From Candidatus Sulfobium sp. (GTDB lineage: Bacteria; Nitrospirota; Thermodesulfovibrionia; Thermodesulfovibrionales; UBA6898): a DNA stretch of 15,641 nucleotides. Of this stretch, positions 15,529-15,641 are shown piece after piece; position 1 is the stretch's first letter; each line of letters begins with the position of its first letter. The stretch lies in contig JARRRI010000037.1 in NCBI GenBank assembly GCA_037380845.1, positions 1 through 15,641 on the forward strand. The letters run 5' to 3'. The translations under genes and the position numbers were made by a program. The notes under the pieces are model-generated. The model was not told the origin of the DNA. It did not search any database and saw only the letters and a program-made list of their open reading frames with translations.

Positions 15529-15641
15529 AGCGATTTAAACAGTTTTTGTAAATGGGCCTTCTACCTGACAATTTATCGAAATTCCTTGAATGTTAGCAAT
15601 TTCCGGCATTACATCCTTTATGGTATTTTCTATTCTCTCCG

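Noticed and set aside
15484..15641. Intact tRNA-Met, or a tRNA interrupted by a group I intron
   Set aside because: The 5' half is absent. The base before CATAA is T rather than the terminal G expected of a group I intron, and the full anticodon loop is retained as in att sites.

Overview
Bacterial chromosomal window with four parts. (1) Left: the 5' part of a ribosomal protein S1-like gene (minus strand, missing from the ORF track because it runs off the edge) and a small divergent Cys-rich ORF. (2) 994-8686, minus strand: a polysaccharide export module comprising a secreted repeat protein, an outer-membrane beta-barrel, a short Wza/OPX, a Wzc tyrosine autokinase and an O-antigen-ligase/TPR fusion; no glycosyltransferases are present. 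(3) 8777-14112: a candidate RiPP (ribosomally made, post-translationally modified peptide) cluster with an ABC exporter, PqqD/RRE chaperone, radical SAM-SPASM enzyme, 49-aa Cys/Gly-rich precursor with a WxxP leader, HPr-kinase-like P-loop protein and S24/S26 peptidase. All but the ABC gene lie in a visibly more AT-rich block bracketed by a ~60-bp imperfect direct repeat. (4) Right: a tandem-domain universal stress protein, then the 3' half of a tRNA-fMet with its terminator, which looks like the att junction of an integrative element extending beyond the right edge. Several genes appear to have leaderless or near-leaderless sigma70-type promoters. All calls come from reading motifs by eye; no database searches were run.
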